From the sequence record SRR20825010_2067: DNA of 36,880 nucleotides; one strand, written 5' to 3'. This document shows, in pieces, positions 21,135 through 29,581 of the stretch (position 1 is the first letter of the stretch; every line of letters starts with the position of its first letter). The notes beneath the pieces are model-generated. The model did not search any database. It worked only from the letters and a program-made list of their open reading frames with translations, and had not been told where the DNA came from. Made by a program: the position numbers and the translations under genes.

Positions 21135-22154
21135 TCAGGATTGCTGAAGGCTACGCAGGTTGGTCAGTACACGTTTGCTGCGTTCCAGTTTCTTGTTGAG
21201 TTCTTCATTGTCCGGGTACAGCGGCGCGACCTGCTTCCATATTCGGTAGGCCTCGCGGTACTGGCCTCGGGCATAGAGGGCCTCCCCGGTGTTCATCTCT
21301 TCTGCAAACCGGCGGCGGCACCATTGCTCGAGCTGTTTGCGATGGCTGGCCAGAGCCGGGTTGCCCGGGTGTCGGTTCAGGAAGGCGCGGGCGGCGAGCA
21401 GCGATTGCAGCTGGCCGTTGCGCTGGTAACGGCTCATCCGTTGTTCTGCTTCGGTTTGCAGGGCCAGGTTGCGCTTGGCGCGGGCGCGCTGTTCTTCGTT
21501 GTTCAGCACTTGCTGGGCCTGGGCCAATACCGGAGATGGTTCGGTCTGGGGGGCCAGCTGATGGGCAGAGCGCAGCAAGTCGCGGGCCAGCATCCACTGT
21601 TCCCGTTCACCAAAATATTCGCCGAGCGTGGTCAGGTCCAGGATCAGCTGCTGGCGTTCCTCGGCCAGGGTCTGACGTTCTTGCTTGGCGTCGACCGCGT
21701 GAAAGTTGGCCAGTTGCTGTTCCAGCCTGTCGTTGGCCAGCATGGCAGTCGCCTGGGCCTGGCGTCTCTCTGCCAGTAGCTGGTTCAGCTGGCGCTCTTC
21801 CAAAGTCGTCAGGGCGGCGCTCAATTCATCCATGGCCGCCGGGTTCAACACCTTGTCGCGGTTATCGTCCAGCAGCCTGAAGGCGTCCTCCCACTGCTGT
21901 TTCCTGCCCAGTTCCTGTGCCTGCTGAATGATGTGCTGGCGGTAGGCCTTGCTGGCCTGGCGAATACCGGGGTATTGCTCCTGCAGGGCGGGGTATTCCG
22001 GGTGCCTGGGTTTGGTCTGTTCAATAATGGCTGCCGCCCGGGCGTAGTCGTGCTGCTCCAGGGCGGCGCTGATATCGCTTTCCGGGTGGGGGTTGCCGAA
22101 GGTTGCACAGCCAGCCAGTACCGTGGCCAGGGTCAGGCTACTCGCCTTGTACAC
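21135..22154 (-). CDS. Predicted alpha-helical (TPR-like) lipoprotein, function unknown
   Basis: Lipobox LAGC at residues 13-16; TPR-like segment GEALYARGQYREAYRIWKQV; start overlaps cyclase stop. Confidence 0.75.
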   Translation of the reverse strand: MYKASSLTLATVLAGCATFGNPHPESDISAALEQHDYARAAAIIEQTKPRHPEYPALQEQYPGIRQASKAYRQHIIQQAQELGRKQQWEDAFRLLDDNRDKVLNPAAMDELSAALTTLEERQLNQLLAERRQAQATAMLANDRLEQQLANFHAVDAKQERQTLAEERQQLILDLTTLGEYFGEREQWMLARDLLRSAHQLAPQTEPSPVLAQAQQVLNNEEQRARAKRNLALQTEAEQRMSRYQRNGQLQSLLAARAFLNRHPGNPALASHRKQLEQWCRRRFAEEMNTGEALYARGQYREAYRIWKQVAPLYPDNEELNKKLERSKRVLTNLRSLQQS

Positions 22155-23637
22155 GTTGATGCTCCGTGTTCAGTTTTGCCAGAAACTGGGCAATACGTTG
22201 TTCCATCAGGGTTTCCGACAGGGCATGAACACCGTCAATGCGGTGAGTGCTGACCGGTTCGGCCTTGCCGCGAATGCGCATGGCGCCGAATTCCGTGGCG
22301 CGCACCCGGGAAGCAATGTTGGGGTTGGACAGGAGGGGGGCGGCAGCAATGATCTCGTTGCCGCCAGCCATGTTCGACAGTCGCGAAGCCAGGTTAACCG
22401 CATCGCCAACCACGGTGTACTGCATGCGATCACGCGAACCCAGGTTGCCGGCCAGCATGTCGCCGGAATTGATGCCGATGCGGAACGCCACCGTGGTTTC
22501 GCCACGGGCGTTGCGGTATTCATTAAGCCGTTCCACCAGCCGCTGGATCATCACCGCACAACACAAGCCGTGGAACAGGTGCTCGTCATCTTTCTCCGGT
22601 ACGCCAAAGACAATCATGGCGCAATCGCCCATGTATTTGTCGATGGTGCCTCGGTAAAAGCTGGTGGCGGTGGTGATAGCATCAAAGTAGACGTTGAGCA
22701 TGTCGGCAATGGCATCCGGGGCCAGATTCTCGGACAGCCGGGTAAAGCCGACAATATCCGCGAAGACCACGGTGGCGGAAACGTCGCGGCCACCTAGCTG
22801 CACTTGATCCAGGTCAGCCATCATGTTGCGGGCCACAGAGGGGCTGACGAAACGTTGTAGCACCCGTTCCACCTGGTCTTTTTCCAGCATGCCGTGAGCC
22901 ATGGTGTTGTAGGCCTCGATCAGGCCGCCGATTTCATCGTTACGGCGGTCCTGAATGCGATAGTTCAAATCGCCTTTGCGCATGGCGCTGGTGGCGGCCA
23001 GCAGATCATGAATGGGCTGGGCGAGCCGGCGGCTGATCAGGAAGGCAACGATAATGGCAATCACGCTCATGATCAGAGTGGCAGTCACCATGGTGTCCTG
23101 CACGGCCTGGCGGGCCGCCATGATCGGGCGGTCAGACAGGGAGATGGCAGTGTGCCCGGCCACTGCATCGCTGATCTTGATGGGGGCGTAGTAGGTGGTG
23201 ACCGGCTCGTCTTCCAGGCTCCAGCGCTTTACCTGCTCGTGCAGTGGGCTGGCGGCCAGCGGCAGAATGCCGGCCTTGTCGATCAGGTTTCCGTCCCGGC
23301 CGAACAAGGCGGCGCCGCGCACACTGTCGCTGCGGCTCAGGTTGTTGAGCTGAACTTTGAGAAAGAAGGTGTCGTCAGCGAGCAGGGGTTCGCGGGCGGT
23401 GTTCGCCAGCTGCTGGGCAATGGCGGTGCCGAAGCTGTCGGCCTGGTCGCGCATGCGGCTGAGCTGGTTATTGAGCAGCAGGGTGCCGAGGATGGTCATT
23501 CCGCAGAGGATCAGCAAAGAGATGGACAGCCCCAGTTTCCAGGCCACCGGGAAATACGCAGGCACATAGGGAGCCAGCCACTCGCCGAGGCGGGTGCGTG
23601 GGGGGCTGGATTGTTCAGGTCCCTTTGGCGTATTCAC
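22138..23637 (-). CDS. Membrane class III adenylate cyclase (2 TM, periplasmic domain, HAMP, cyclase)
   Basis: FADIVGFT, DKYMGDCAM, YTVVGDAVNLASR; HAMP PIHDL...RNDEIGGL..AYN.M. Confidence 0.93.
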   Translation of the reverse strand: MNTPKGPEQSSPPRTRLGEWLAPYVPAYFPVAWKLGLSISLLILCGMTILGTLLLNNQLSRMRDQADSFGTAIAQQLANTAREPLLADDTFFLKVQLNNLSRSDSVRGAALFGRDGNLIDKAGILPLAASPLHEQVKRWSLEDEPVTTYYAPIKISDAVAGHTAISLSDRPIMAARQAVQDTMVTATLIMSVIAIIVAFLISRRLAQPIHDLLAATSAMRKGDLNYRIQDRRNDEIGGLIEAYNTMAHGMLEKDQVERVLQRFVSPSVARNMMADLDQVQLGGRDVSATVVFADIVGFTRLSENLAPDAIADMLNVYFDAITTATSFYRGTIDKYMGDCAMIVFGVPEKDDEHLFHGLCCAVMIQRLVERLNEYRNARGETTVAFRIGINSGDMLAGNLGSRDRMQYTVVGDAVNLASRLSNMAGGNEIIAAAPLLSNPNIASRVRATEFGAMRIRGKAEPVSTHRIDGVHALSETLMEQRIAQFLAKLNTEHQRVQGE

Positions 23638-23849
23638 GTTGCATCCCTGGTGTTGCTGTGGGGGTGGATCTCCGTGTTTCTGTCAGCAAGCAGGTTGGCG
23701 CAGACCGGAACCCGTGGGCTTCGGTCTGTGCTTGTCAGCGGCAGTTCTTGCTGTCAAATTCAGGCATGTGTCTTATGCCAACAATAGCATTTTCGTCGTG
23801 CCGGGTAAGTAGCCGTCTGGCTGTTTATTGCCCGGCCCTGAATTAGGAT

Positions 23850-24824
23850 ATGAGTATGGCGTTTACGCGAGAGCGGCAGGTCCCCGCGAATGGGCTGGAT
23901 TTCTTTGTGGCGGAGGCCGGTGAAGCCGGCGCCCCGCTGGTGCTGTGCCTGCATGGGTTCCCCGAATGCTGGGCATCCTGGCGATACCAACTGCCGGTGT
24001 TGGCGCAATCTGGTTATTACGCGGTGGCGCCGGATCTGCGGGGGTATGGCTTTACCGGTGGCCCCAAAGAGGTAGATGCCTACCGGCAGAGTTTGCTGGT
24101 CGAGGATGTGATGGCGCTGATTCAGGCGCTGGGTTATGAAAGCGCTATCTTGATGGGGCATGACTGGGGATGCGGTCTGGCCTGGCAGGTCGCACGGCAA
24201 CATCCGGAAGCTATCAAGGCGGTGATTGGTATGTCGGTGCCCTATGGTGGGCCGGCTCCGGAACCGCCCACTGCGGCCATGCGCAAACTGTTTGAAGACC
24301 GTTTTTTCTACATGCTCTACTTCCAGCAGCCGGCCTTGCCGGAGCAGGAGCTGGAAGCCGATGTGGCCCATAGCTTGCGATGTATCTTCCATGGTTTGTC
24401 GGCGGATGGCATTGCGGATTTCAATGTGAAGCCGGATGACACCGGTTTCCTTCAATCCATGCCGGTGCCGGAGGCTCAGCCGCGCTGGATGCGCGAGGAA
24501 GATCTGGCTTATTACGTGGAACGTTTTGAGCACAGTGGCTTTACCGGGCCAATCAACTGGTACCGTGGCATGGATGCGTCCTGGCAAGAAAGTCGTGACG
24601 ACAGCAACTGGCAGATCACGATGCCGACCTTGTTTATCGGGGGGTTGCAGGACCCGGTAATCATGTTTGGCCAGAAAGCGCTGCAGCGCATGCCGGATTA
24701 TATTCCGGACCTGCGCACCGTGATGCTGGATCAGTGCGGTCACTGGATCCAGATGGAGCAGGCGGCCGAAGTGAATCGGGAAATCCTGGCGTTCCTGGAG
24801 GAGATTCAGGTCGATGGGGAATAG
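23850..24824 (+). CDS. Alpha/beta hydrolase, epoxide hydrolase family
   Basis: HGFP oxyanion motif, PDLRGYG, nucleophile GHDWG, lid Tyr (FFYMLYFQ, NWYR), catalytic GHW. Confidence 0.92.
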   Translation: MSMAFTRERQVPANGLDFFVAEAGEAGAPLVLCLHGFPECWASWRYQLPVLAQSGYYAVAPDLRGYGFTGGPKEVDAYRQSLLVEDVMALIQALGYESAILMGHDWGCGLAWQVARQHPEAIKAVIGMSVPYGGPAPEPPTAAMRKLFEDRFFYMLYFQQPALPEQELEADVAHSLRCIFHGLSADGIADFNVKPDDTGFLQSMPVPEAQPRWMREEDLAYYVERFEHSGFTGPINWYRGMDASWQESRDDSNWQITMPTLFIGGLQDPVIMFGQKALQRMPDYIPDLRTVMLDQCGHWIQMEQAAEVNREILAFLEEIQVDGE

Positions 24825-25311
24825 CGTCAGCAATTTTGACAAGGTGGGAGTGTTTCATCGGGCCTTTTCCTTGCCGGTGGAACCGACGCCGATGGTGCCA
24901 GACGATGCCACTGTGCGTTTGCGGCTGGCCCTGTTGCTGGAGGAGTTTCATGAGCTGGCCGAAGCGACCTGCCAGGAGGCCAACGAGAATCAGCAGGCGT
25001 TTCTAGCGACTCTGGCCAAGGCCCGCGAGCAGCTGGAAACGCTGGACGGTTTTCGGGTGGACCTGGTGGAGGTGGCGGATGCGCTCACCGATATCAACTA
25101 TGTCACCTACGGTGCCGGGCACACCTTTGGTATTGACCTGAATGCCTGCTGCGAAGAAGTGCATCGCAGCAATATGAGCAAGCTGGGCGCTGATGGCAAG
25201 CCGGTGAAGGATGCACGCGGCAAGGTATTAAAGGGGCCTGATTATTCGCCGCCGGAACTGAAGGCGGTATTGGCGGCGCAGGACGAAGGTGGCGTGCGCA
25301 ACGATCCGTAA
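24814..25311 (+). CDS. MazG-like / PRA-PH nucleoside triphosphate pyrophosphohydrolase
   Basis: EEFHEL, EVADALTDINYVTYG, EVHRSNMSK, GKVLKGPDY. Confidence 0.9.
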   Translation: MGNSVSNFDKVGVFHRAFSLPVEPTPMVPDDATVRLRLALLLEEFHELAEATCQEANENQQAFLATLAKAREQLETLDGFRVDLVEVADALTDINYVTYGAGHTFGIDLNACCEEVHRSNMSKLGADGKPVKDARGKVLKGPDYSPPELKAVLAAQDEGGVRNDP

Positions 25312-25313
25312 TC

Positions 25314-25355
25314 CTGATCCATATCAAGGCGAGGTGGGGGCATGCGCGGCACTAT
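25314..25355 (+). promoter_or_regulatory. Putative FNR/ANR-dependent class II promoter
   Basis: CTGAT-CCAT-ATCAA (25314-25327; 9/10 match to TTGAT-N4-ATCAA) and CACTAT (25350-25355); a start at 25362 places them at -41.5 and -12..-7. Confidence 0.6.
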
Positions 25356-25361
25356 GGCTGC

Positions 25362-25436
25362 GGGATTTGATCCCGCTGCGTATGCTTCCGGTTGTCTCCG
25401 GAAACAGTTAAGGCCCCGTTTTCGGGGCCTTTTTTT
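25362..25436 (+). ncRNA. Candidate small regulatory RNA (three stem-loops)
   Basis: Own promoter-like elements, hairpins GGGAT-TTG-ATCCC and TTCCGG-TTGTCT-CCGGAA, then terminator; no credible ORF. Confidence 0.55.
25410..25436 (+). terminator. Intrinsic terminator
   Basis: AAGGCCCCG-TTTT-CGGGGCCTTTTTTT. Confidence 0.9.
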
Positions 25437-25455
25437 GCTGTTCTGCGGTCGCAAC

Positions 25456-25504
25456 ACGCTTCACGCAGCACGCTGTGATGCCAGGTGCGTGTCGCGTGAA
25501 GCGT
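25456..25504. repeat. Inverted heptamer-repeat hairpin (CACGCNN)n
   Basis: Arm acgcttcacgcagcacgc versus gcgtgtcgcgtgaagcgt, 16/18 complementary. Confidence 0.75.
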
Positions 25505-25510
25505 CTCCCT

Positions 25511-27517
25511 TTACCAATGGATCCCTTTGAACAACCGTGAGAAAGCGGCCTGTTCGCGGCGAATCTTCTTCGGTGTCCCTTCTTTGCCCCCCAGGGCGGC
25601 AGAGGAATCAGAGAATAGTTTGTACCCGGTATTCATGATGGTTTCGGTGACCCTGGGGGTGATGAAGTGCATCACCTGTCCCATGACACCAAGATTGGTG
25701 GCGATGCGTTTGGGTTGACGCACAATGGCGTCGCAGATCATGTCCGCCGCCTGGGTGGGGCTGATGGTTGGCACGTGGTTGTAGATCTTGGTGGGCGCGA
25801 TCATCGGTGTGCGCACCAGCGGCATGTTGATAGTAGTAAAACGAATTCCCTCGTGGGCCAGCTCGCTGGCGGCGCAACGGGTGAATGCATCCAGTGCGGC
25901 TTTGGACGCCACGTAGGCGGAAAAGCGGGGCGCATTGGTGAGCACGCCGATGCTGGAAATATTGATCACGTGGCCGCTGCCATTCTCGATCATGCTGGGC
26001 ATCAGTTGCATGATCAGCCGTAGGGCGCCGAAGTAATTGAGTTGCATGGTGCGTTCGTAATCGTGGAAACGGTCAAACGCATGCACCACGGAACGGCGAA
26101 TGGAGCGCCCGGCGTTGTTCACCAGAATATCCACATGGCCATGGTCGGCAAGAACCTGTTGCACCAGGTTGTCCACGTCGGTCAGGTCGGAGACATCACA
26201 GCTATAGGCCTGTGCGGTGCCGCCCAGCTGGTCGATCTCGTGCAGGGTTTCTTCCAGTTTTTCGGCAGTACGAGCAATAACCAGTACCGTGGCACCGGCG
26301 CGAGCCAGCTTCAGCGCGCTGGCCTTGCCGATGCCGGATGTGGCACCGGTGACCATGACGACTTTGCCTTCCACTCGTTCGGGCAAGGTGGGCAGCGGTT
26401 GCAATTCATCCTTGCGCTCGCCGCGGTCCGGGTCCAGGTGGTTTTCCCAGAAGTCCCACAGTTGCTGGATATAGCTTTCCAGCTCGGGGGCCGCGATGCC
26501 GGTGCCTTCCAGGGCCGCTTTGGCGCGGCTGTTGTCGTACTCGGTGGGGAAGGTGAGGAACTTCATGGCCGAGGGCGGAATGTCCAGATTGTCCAGGGCG
26601 GCATTGACCAGCAGGTTGGGGGTCATGGCACTGACGCCTTTGCGAACAAAGCCGGGCACGACGTCGAATAGCCGGTTTTCCAGCTTCAGGGCCATGCGCG
26701 GGGCCTGGGCTGCACCGGCGATAATGTCCATGATTTCGCCCAGGCTGTAGCTGCGGTCTGCGGTCAGGTGGAAGCATTGGCCGTCGTGGTCAGGCTGGCG
26801 GGCAATGTGATCCAGGGCATCCGCCACGAAATCCACCGGCACCACGTTGAAGTGGCCGCCCTCCACACCGATCAGAGGCACCCAGTTGGGCAGCACGTCT
26901 TTCAGCTTCTGGATGAACTTGAACAGGTAGTAGGGACCGTCCACCTTGTCCATGGCGCCGGTTTCGGAGTGGCCGACGACCATGGCAGGGCGGTAGATAC
27001 GCCAGGGGATTTTGCTTTCCTGGCGCACCAGCGCTTCGGATTCGTGCTTGGTCAGCAGGTAGGCGTCATCCAGCCCGGTGGCTTCCTCGAACATGTCTTC
27101 GCTAAAGGTGCCGTCGTAAAGGCCGGCGGCGGCGATGGAAGAGACATGATGAAAGTGACCGGCCTGAATTTTTTCAGCCAGTTTCAGCGTTTGTCGCGTG
27201 CCTTCGATGTTGGTGTAGCGCTGGGTGTTTTCATCGGCGGTGAGATCATAAATGGCGGCCAGATGGAAGAAATGATCGATTTGTCCGTTCAGGTCATCCT
27301 GATCACGCTTGCTCACGCCCAGCAGCTTTTCGTTGATGTCGCCATGAATGGCCACCAAACGGTCGGCATCCACACCAAGCCGGCTGCGCAGGGCATCCAG
27401 CTTGTACTCGGAGCCACAGCGAACCAGGGCAAAAACACGCGCATCGTCGCGTTTCAACAGGCGGCCAACCAGAAAACGGCCGATAAACCCGGTGGCACCG
27501 GTAACGAAATAGTTCAT
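25511..27517 (-). CDS. Two-domain fatty acyl-CoA reductase (fatty alcohol forming, Marinobacter Maqu_2507 type)
   Basis: N-terminal extended SDR MNYFVTGATGFIG..HLAAIYD..DKVDGPYY; C-terminal Acr1-like SDR TGATSGIG, NNAGRSIRRS, RFSAYVASK, MPLVRTPMIAPT; ends GIHW. Confidence 0.9.
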   Translation of the reverse strand: MNYFVTGATGFIGRFLVGRLLKRDDARVFALVRCGSEYKLDALRSRLGVDADRLVAIHGDINEKLLGVSKRDQDDLNGQIDHFFHLAAIYDLTADENTQRYTNIEGTRQTLKLAEKIQAGHFHHVSSIAAAGLYDGTFSEDMFEEATGLDDAYLLTKHESEALVRQESKIPWRIYRPAMVVGHSETGAMDKVDGPYYLFKFIQKLKDVLPNWVPLIGVEGGHFNVVPVDFVADALDHIARQPDHDGQCFHLTADRSYSLGEIMDIIAGAAQAPRMALKLENRLFDVVPGFVRKGVSAMTPNLLVNAALDNLDIPPSAMKFLTFPTEYDNSRAKAALEGTGIAAPELESYIQQLWDFWENHLDPDRGERKDELQPLPTLPERVEGKVVMVTGATSGIGKASALKLARAGATVLVIARTAEKLEETLHEIDQLGGTAQAYSCDVSDLTDVDNLVQQVLADHGHVDILVNNAGRSIRRSVVHAFDRFHDYERTMQLNYFGALRLIMQLMPSMIENGSGHVINISSIGVLTNAPRFSAYVASKAALDAFTRCAASELAHEGIRFTTINMPLVRTPMIAPTKIYNHVPTISPTQAADMICDAIVRQPKRIATNLGVMGQVMHFITPRVTETIMNTGYKLFSDSSAALGGKEGTPKKIRREQAAFSRLFKGIHW

Positions 27518-27618
27518 TGCTTTCCCCTTGTGCTTCCTTGCTGCCTGCTCGGGCAGGCAGGTTGTGTTGTAGCGCTGTCTGATCATGCGCCGTGATCAGG
27601 CCGTGTGCCAAATCTTCG

Positions 27619-27636
27619 GCCTTACATTTGTAAGGT
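27619..27636. promoter_or_regulatory. Putative FabR/DesT-type operator 1
   Basis: gCCTTACA-TT-TGTAAGGt, perfect 7-bp arms. Confidence 0.65.
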
Positions 27637-27648
27637 GAATTCTCTTCC

Positions 27649-27666
27649 AGCTAACAAGTGTTTGTC
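27649..27666. promoter_or_regulatory. Putative FabR/DesT-type operator 2
   Basis: AGCTAACA-AG-TGTTTGTC, same ACA-NN-TGT core. Confidence 0.6.
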
Positions 27667-27725
27667 AAAGATTGTTTTGTAACCGCTGTTCTGTTGCGCT
27701 ATGGCCGTCGTTTATGGGATTATTT

Positions 27726-27743
27726 AACTAACATTCGTTAGTG
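27726..27743. promoter_or_regulatory. Putative FabR/DesT-type operator 3 (autoregulatory position)
   Basis: aACTAACA-TT-CGTTAGTg, 8 nt before the TetR ATG. Confidence 0.65.
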
Positions 27744-27751
27744 ATACTGTT

Positions 27752-28384
27752 ATGGCTGAAACAGCGCGACAGCGCCAGAAACGGCAAACCCGGGAGCGGA
27801 TTCTGGAATCCGCCCGACATTTGATGGCGGGGGGGCGTGGCCTGGACAGCCTGGGCCTGCGAGAGGTGGCCCGGGAAGCCAGTCTGGCAGCCACGTCCCT
27901 GTATAACCATTTCCCGGATATGGAGGCGCTGGGGCTGGCGCTGATCGATTCCTGCTGTTTTCGGCTGCGCTCTGCCATGGAATACGAGCGGCGCAGCATG
28001 ATTGAGATCGGTGCGGCCCAGGCAGTGCAGGAGCTGGTCGGACGGTTTTCCCGTTACATCGCAGAGAACGGCAATGATTTTCGCCTGCTGGTGCAGCAGC
28101 GTCTGGGTAGCCATGACCGCTACCGGTTGAGAATTCAGCGCGAATTACAGTTGCTGGTGGACGAGCTGGCCGAAGACGTGCGACAGGCCGTGGCCAGCCA
28201 GGGGCGTGCCCAGGTGCCAGCGGAACAGGAAGCGCAAGCGGCCATTGCGATCATGTTCGGCGCCGGCATTTCCATGCTAGATAGCAGCCCTGCTGCACGC
28301 CGTGTGCTGGCCGATCATGCCTGCCTGCAGCTGGAAATGATGGCATTGGGCGGCAGGCAGATGGCAGTAGGTAATCGGCTATGA
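27752..28384 (+). CDS. TetR-family regulator, FabR/DesT-like
   Basis: RQRQKRQTR..I, SLGLREVAREASLAATSLYNHFPDMEALGLALID..LR resembles the FabR HTH region. Confidence 0.85.
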   Translation: MAETARQRQKRQTRERILESARHLMAGGRGLDSLGLREVAREASLAATSLYNHFPDMEALGLALIDSCCFRLRSAMEYERRSMIEIGAAQAVQELVGRFSRYIAENGNDFRLLVQQRLGSHDRYRLRIQRELQLLVDELAEDVRQAVASQGRAQVPAEQEAQAAIAIMFGAGISMLDSSPAARRVLADHACLQLEMMALGGRQMAVGNRL

Positions 28385-28499
28385 AATGGCGGTTTGTGAC
28401 GTGATTCGTGGGTTTGTGCCGCAAAATGCACTAAAAAGGGTCGCTAACTCAGCAACGTTAATACCGCAACGTTGCCGCCGATTGCCACAGGAGGTGGCG

Positions 28500-28829
28500 A
28501 TGCCTTTCGATCCCAAGGACCCGTACGACGCCGCTGCACTGTATGACATGTGGCTCAATTGCAGCCGTTGTCCTGCCACCTTTGATTTTGAACCCGGTGG
28601 TGAAGTAAATCTGGATTATTACCACCGTATCGGTCAGCAGGCTCGGCTTGATAAGTGGGCGGTGCTGCCGGCCCGCAATCACGGTGATGAACTGGTGTTC
28701 AACGTGCTTTGTCCTGACTGTGCCCGGCGCTTTGGGGTGGATGGCTGCGACGGCCGCATGGAGCTGGCGGCACCGGTGATTGATCAAATCTGCCAGGCCA
28801 TGCGTGACGCGTCCGAACAAGCGGCCTGA
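28500..28829 (+). CDS. Small hypothetical protein with two CxxC motifs
   Basis: AGGAGG RBS before ATG 28500; CSRC and CPDC. Confidence 0.75.
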   Translation: MPFDPKDPYDAAALYDMWLNCSRCPATFDFEPGGEVNLDYYHRIGQQARLDKWAVLPARNHGDELVFNVLCPDCARRFGVDGCDGRMELAAPVIDQICQAMRDASEQAA

Positions 28830-28897
28830 TCGCTACGGTCATCGTGTCTGTCCTCTTGCCCCGGTAGACTCGGAGCGAGTTTTGACAGGAGCCCCTG

Positions 28898-29581
28898 ATG
28901 ACCGCCCACGATATTTCCCTGGCTGATGCCATGATCCAGCGCCGCTCGGTACGCGGCTTTACCGATAAACCGGTGCCCAGCGAGGTGCTGGACGCGGTAT
29001 TCTCACTCGCCCAGCACTCCCCCTCCAACTGCAATATCCAGCCCTGGAAAGTGTGGGTGGCTTCCGGTGCCGTGCGTGATGCGCTGCGCGAGCGCATGGT
29101 GGAGAAGGTTACCCAGGGCGTCCCTTTTGCTCCGGATTACGACAGCCTGCCCCGTTTCGAGGGAGTGTACCGGGAGCGGCAGGTGGATTGCGCCATGGCG
29201 CTATACGGCAGTATGGGGATTGCCCGCGAAGACCGCCCCGGTCGCCAGCGTGCAGAGCTGCGTAATTTCCAGTTGTTTGATGCACCCCATGTGGCGTTTA
29301 TCGGCATGGAGCGGGACTTCGGTGTCACCGTGGGTCTGGATGTGGGCATGTATGTGCAGTCATTGCTGCTGTCGATGAGTGCCTATGGGTTGGGCGCCTG
29401 TGCCCAGGGGAGCATGCGTTATTATCCCGACGATGTGCGGGAAATGCTGGGGATTCCGTCCAGCACGGCCATCGTGTTGGGGATCAGCTTTGGGTACGAG
29501 GACCCGGATGTCGCGGCGAACAGGGCTCGCGTAGATCGGGTGCCGGTCTCCGACTCAGTGCAGTTTTGCGATAGCGTGTAG
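28898..29581 (+). CDS. Nitroreductase family protein
   Basis: RRSVRGF, SPSNCNIQPW, FDAP, GLGACAQG. Confidence 0.93.
   Translation: MTAHDISLADAMIQRRSVRGFTDKPVPSEVLDAVFSLAQHSPSNCNIQPWKVWVASGAVRDALRERMVEKVTQGVPFAPDYDSLPRFEGVYRERQVDCAMALYGSMGIAREDRPGRQRAELRNFQLFDAPHVAFIGMERDFGVTVGLDVGMYVQSLLLSMSAYGLGACAQGSMRYYPDDVREMLGIPSSTAIVLGISFGYEDPDVAANRARVDRVPVSDSVQFCDSV

Noticed and set aside
23760-24842. 360-aa antisense ORF over the epoxide hydrolase
   Set aside because: The sense ORF carries all family motifs; long antisense frames are common at this GC content
25342-25530. 62-aa ORF across the candidate sRNA region
   Set aside because: Runs through a strong intrinsic terminator and the repeat hairpin; no protein-like features
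28395-28410. TGTGA-N6-TCGTG as a CRP site upstream of the CxxC gene
   Set aside because: Second half-site matches TCACA poorly; insufficient without a PWM or conservation
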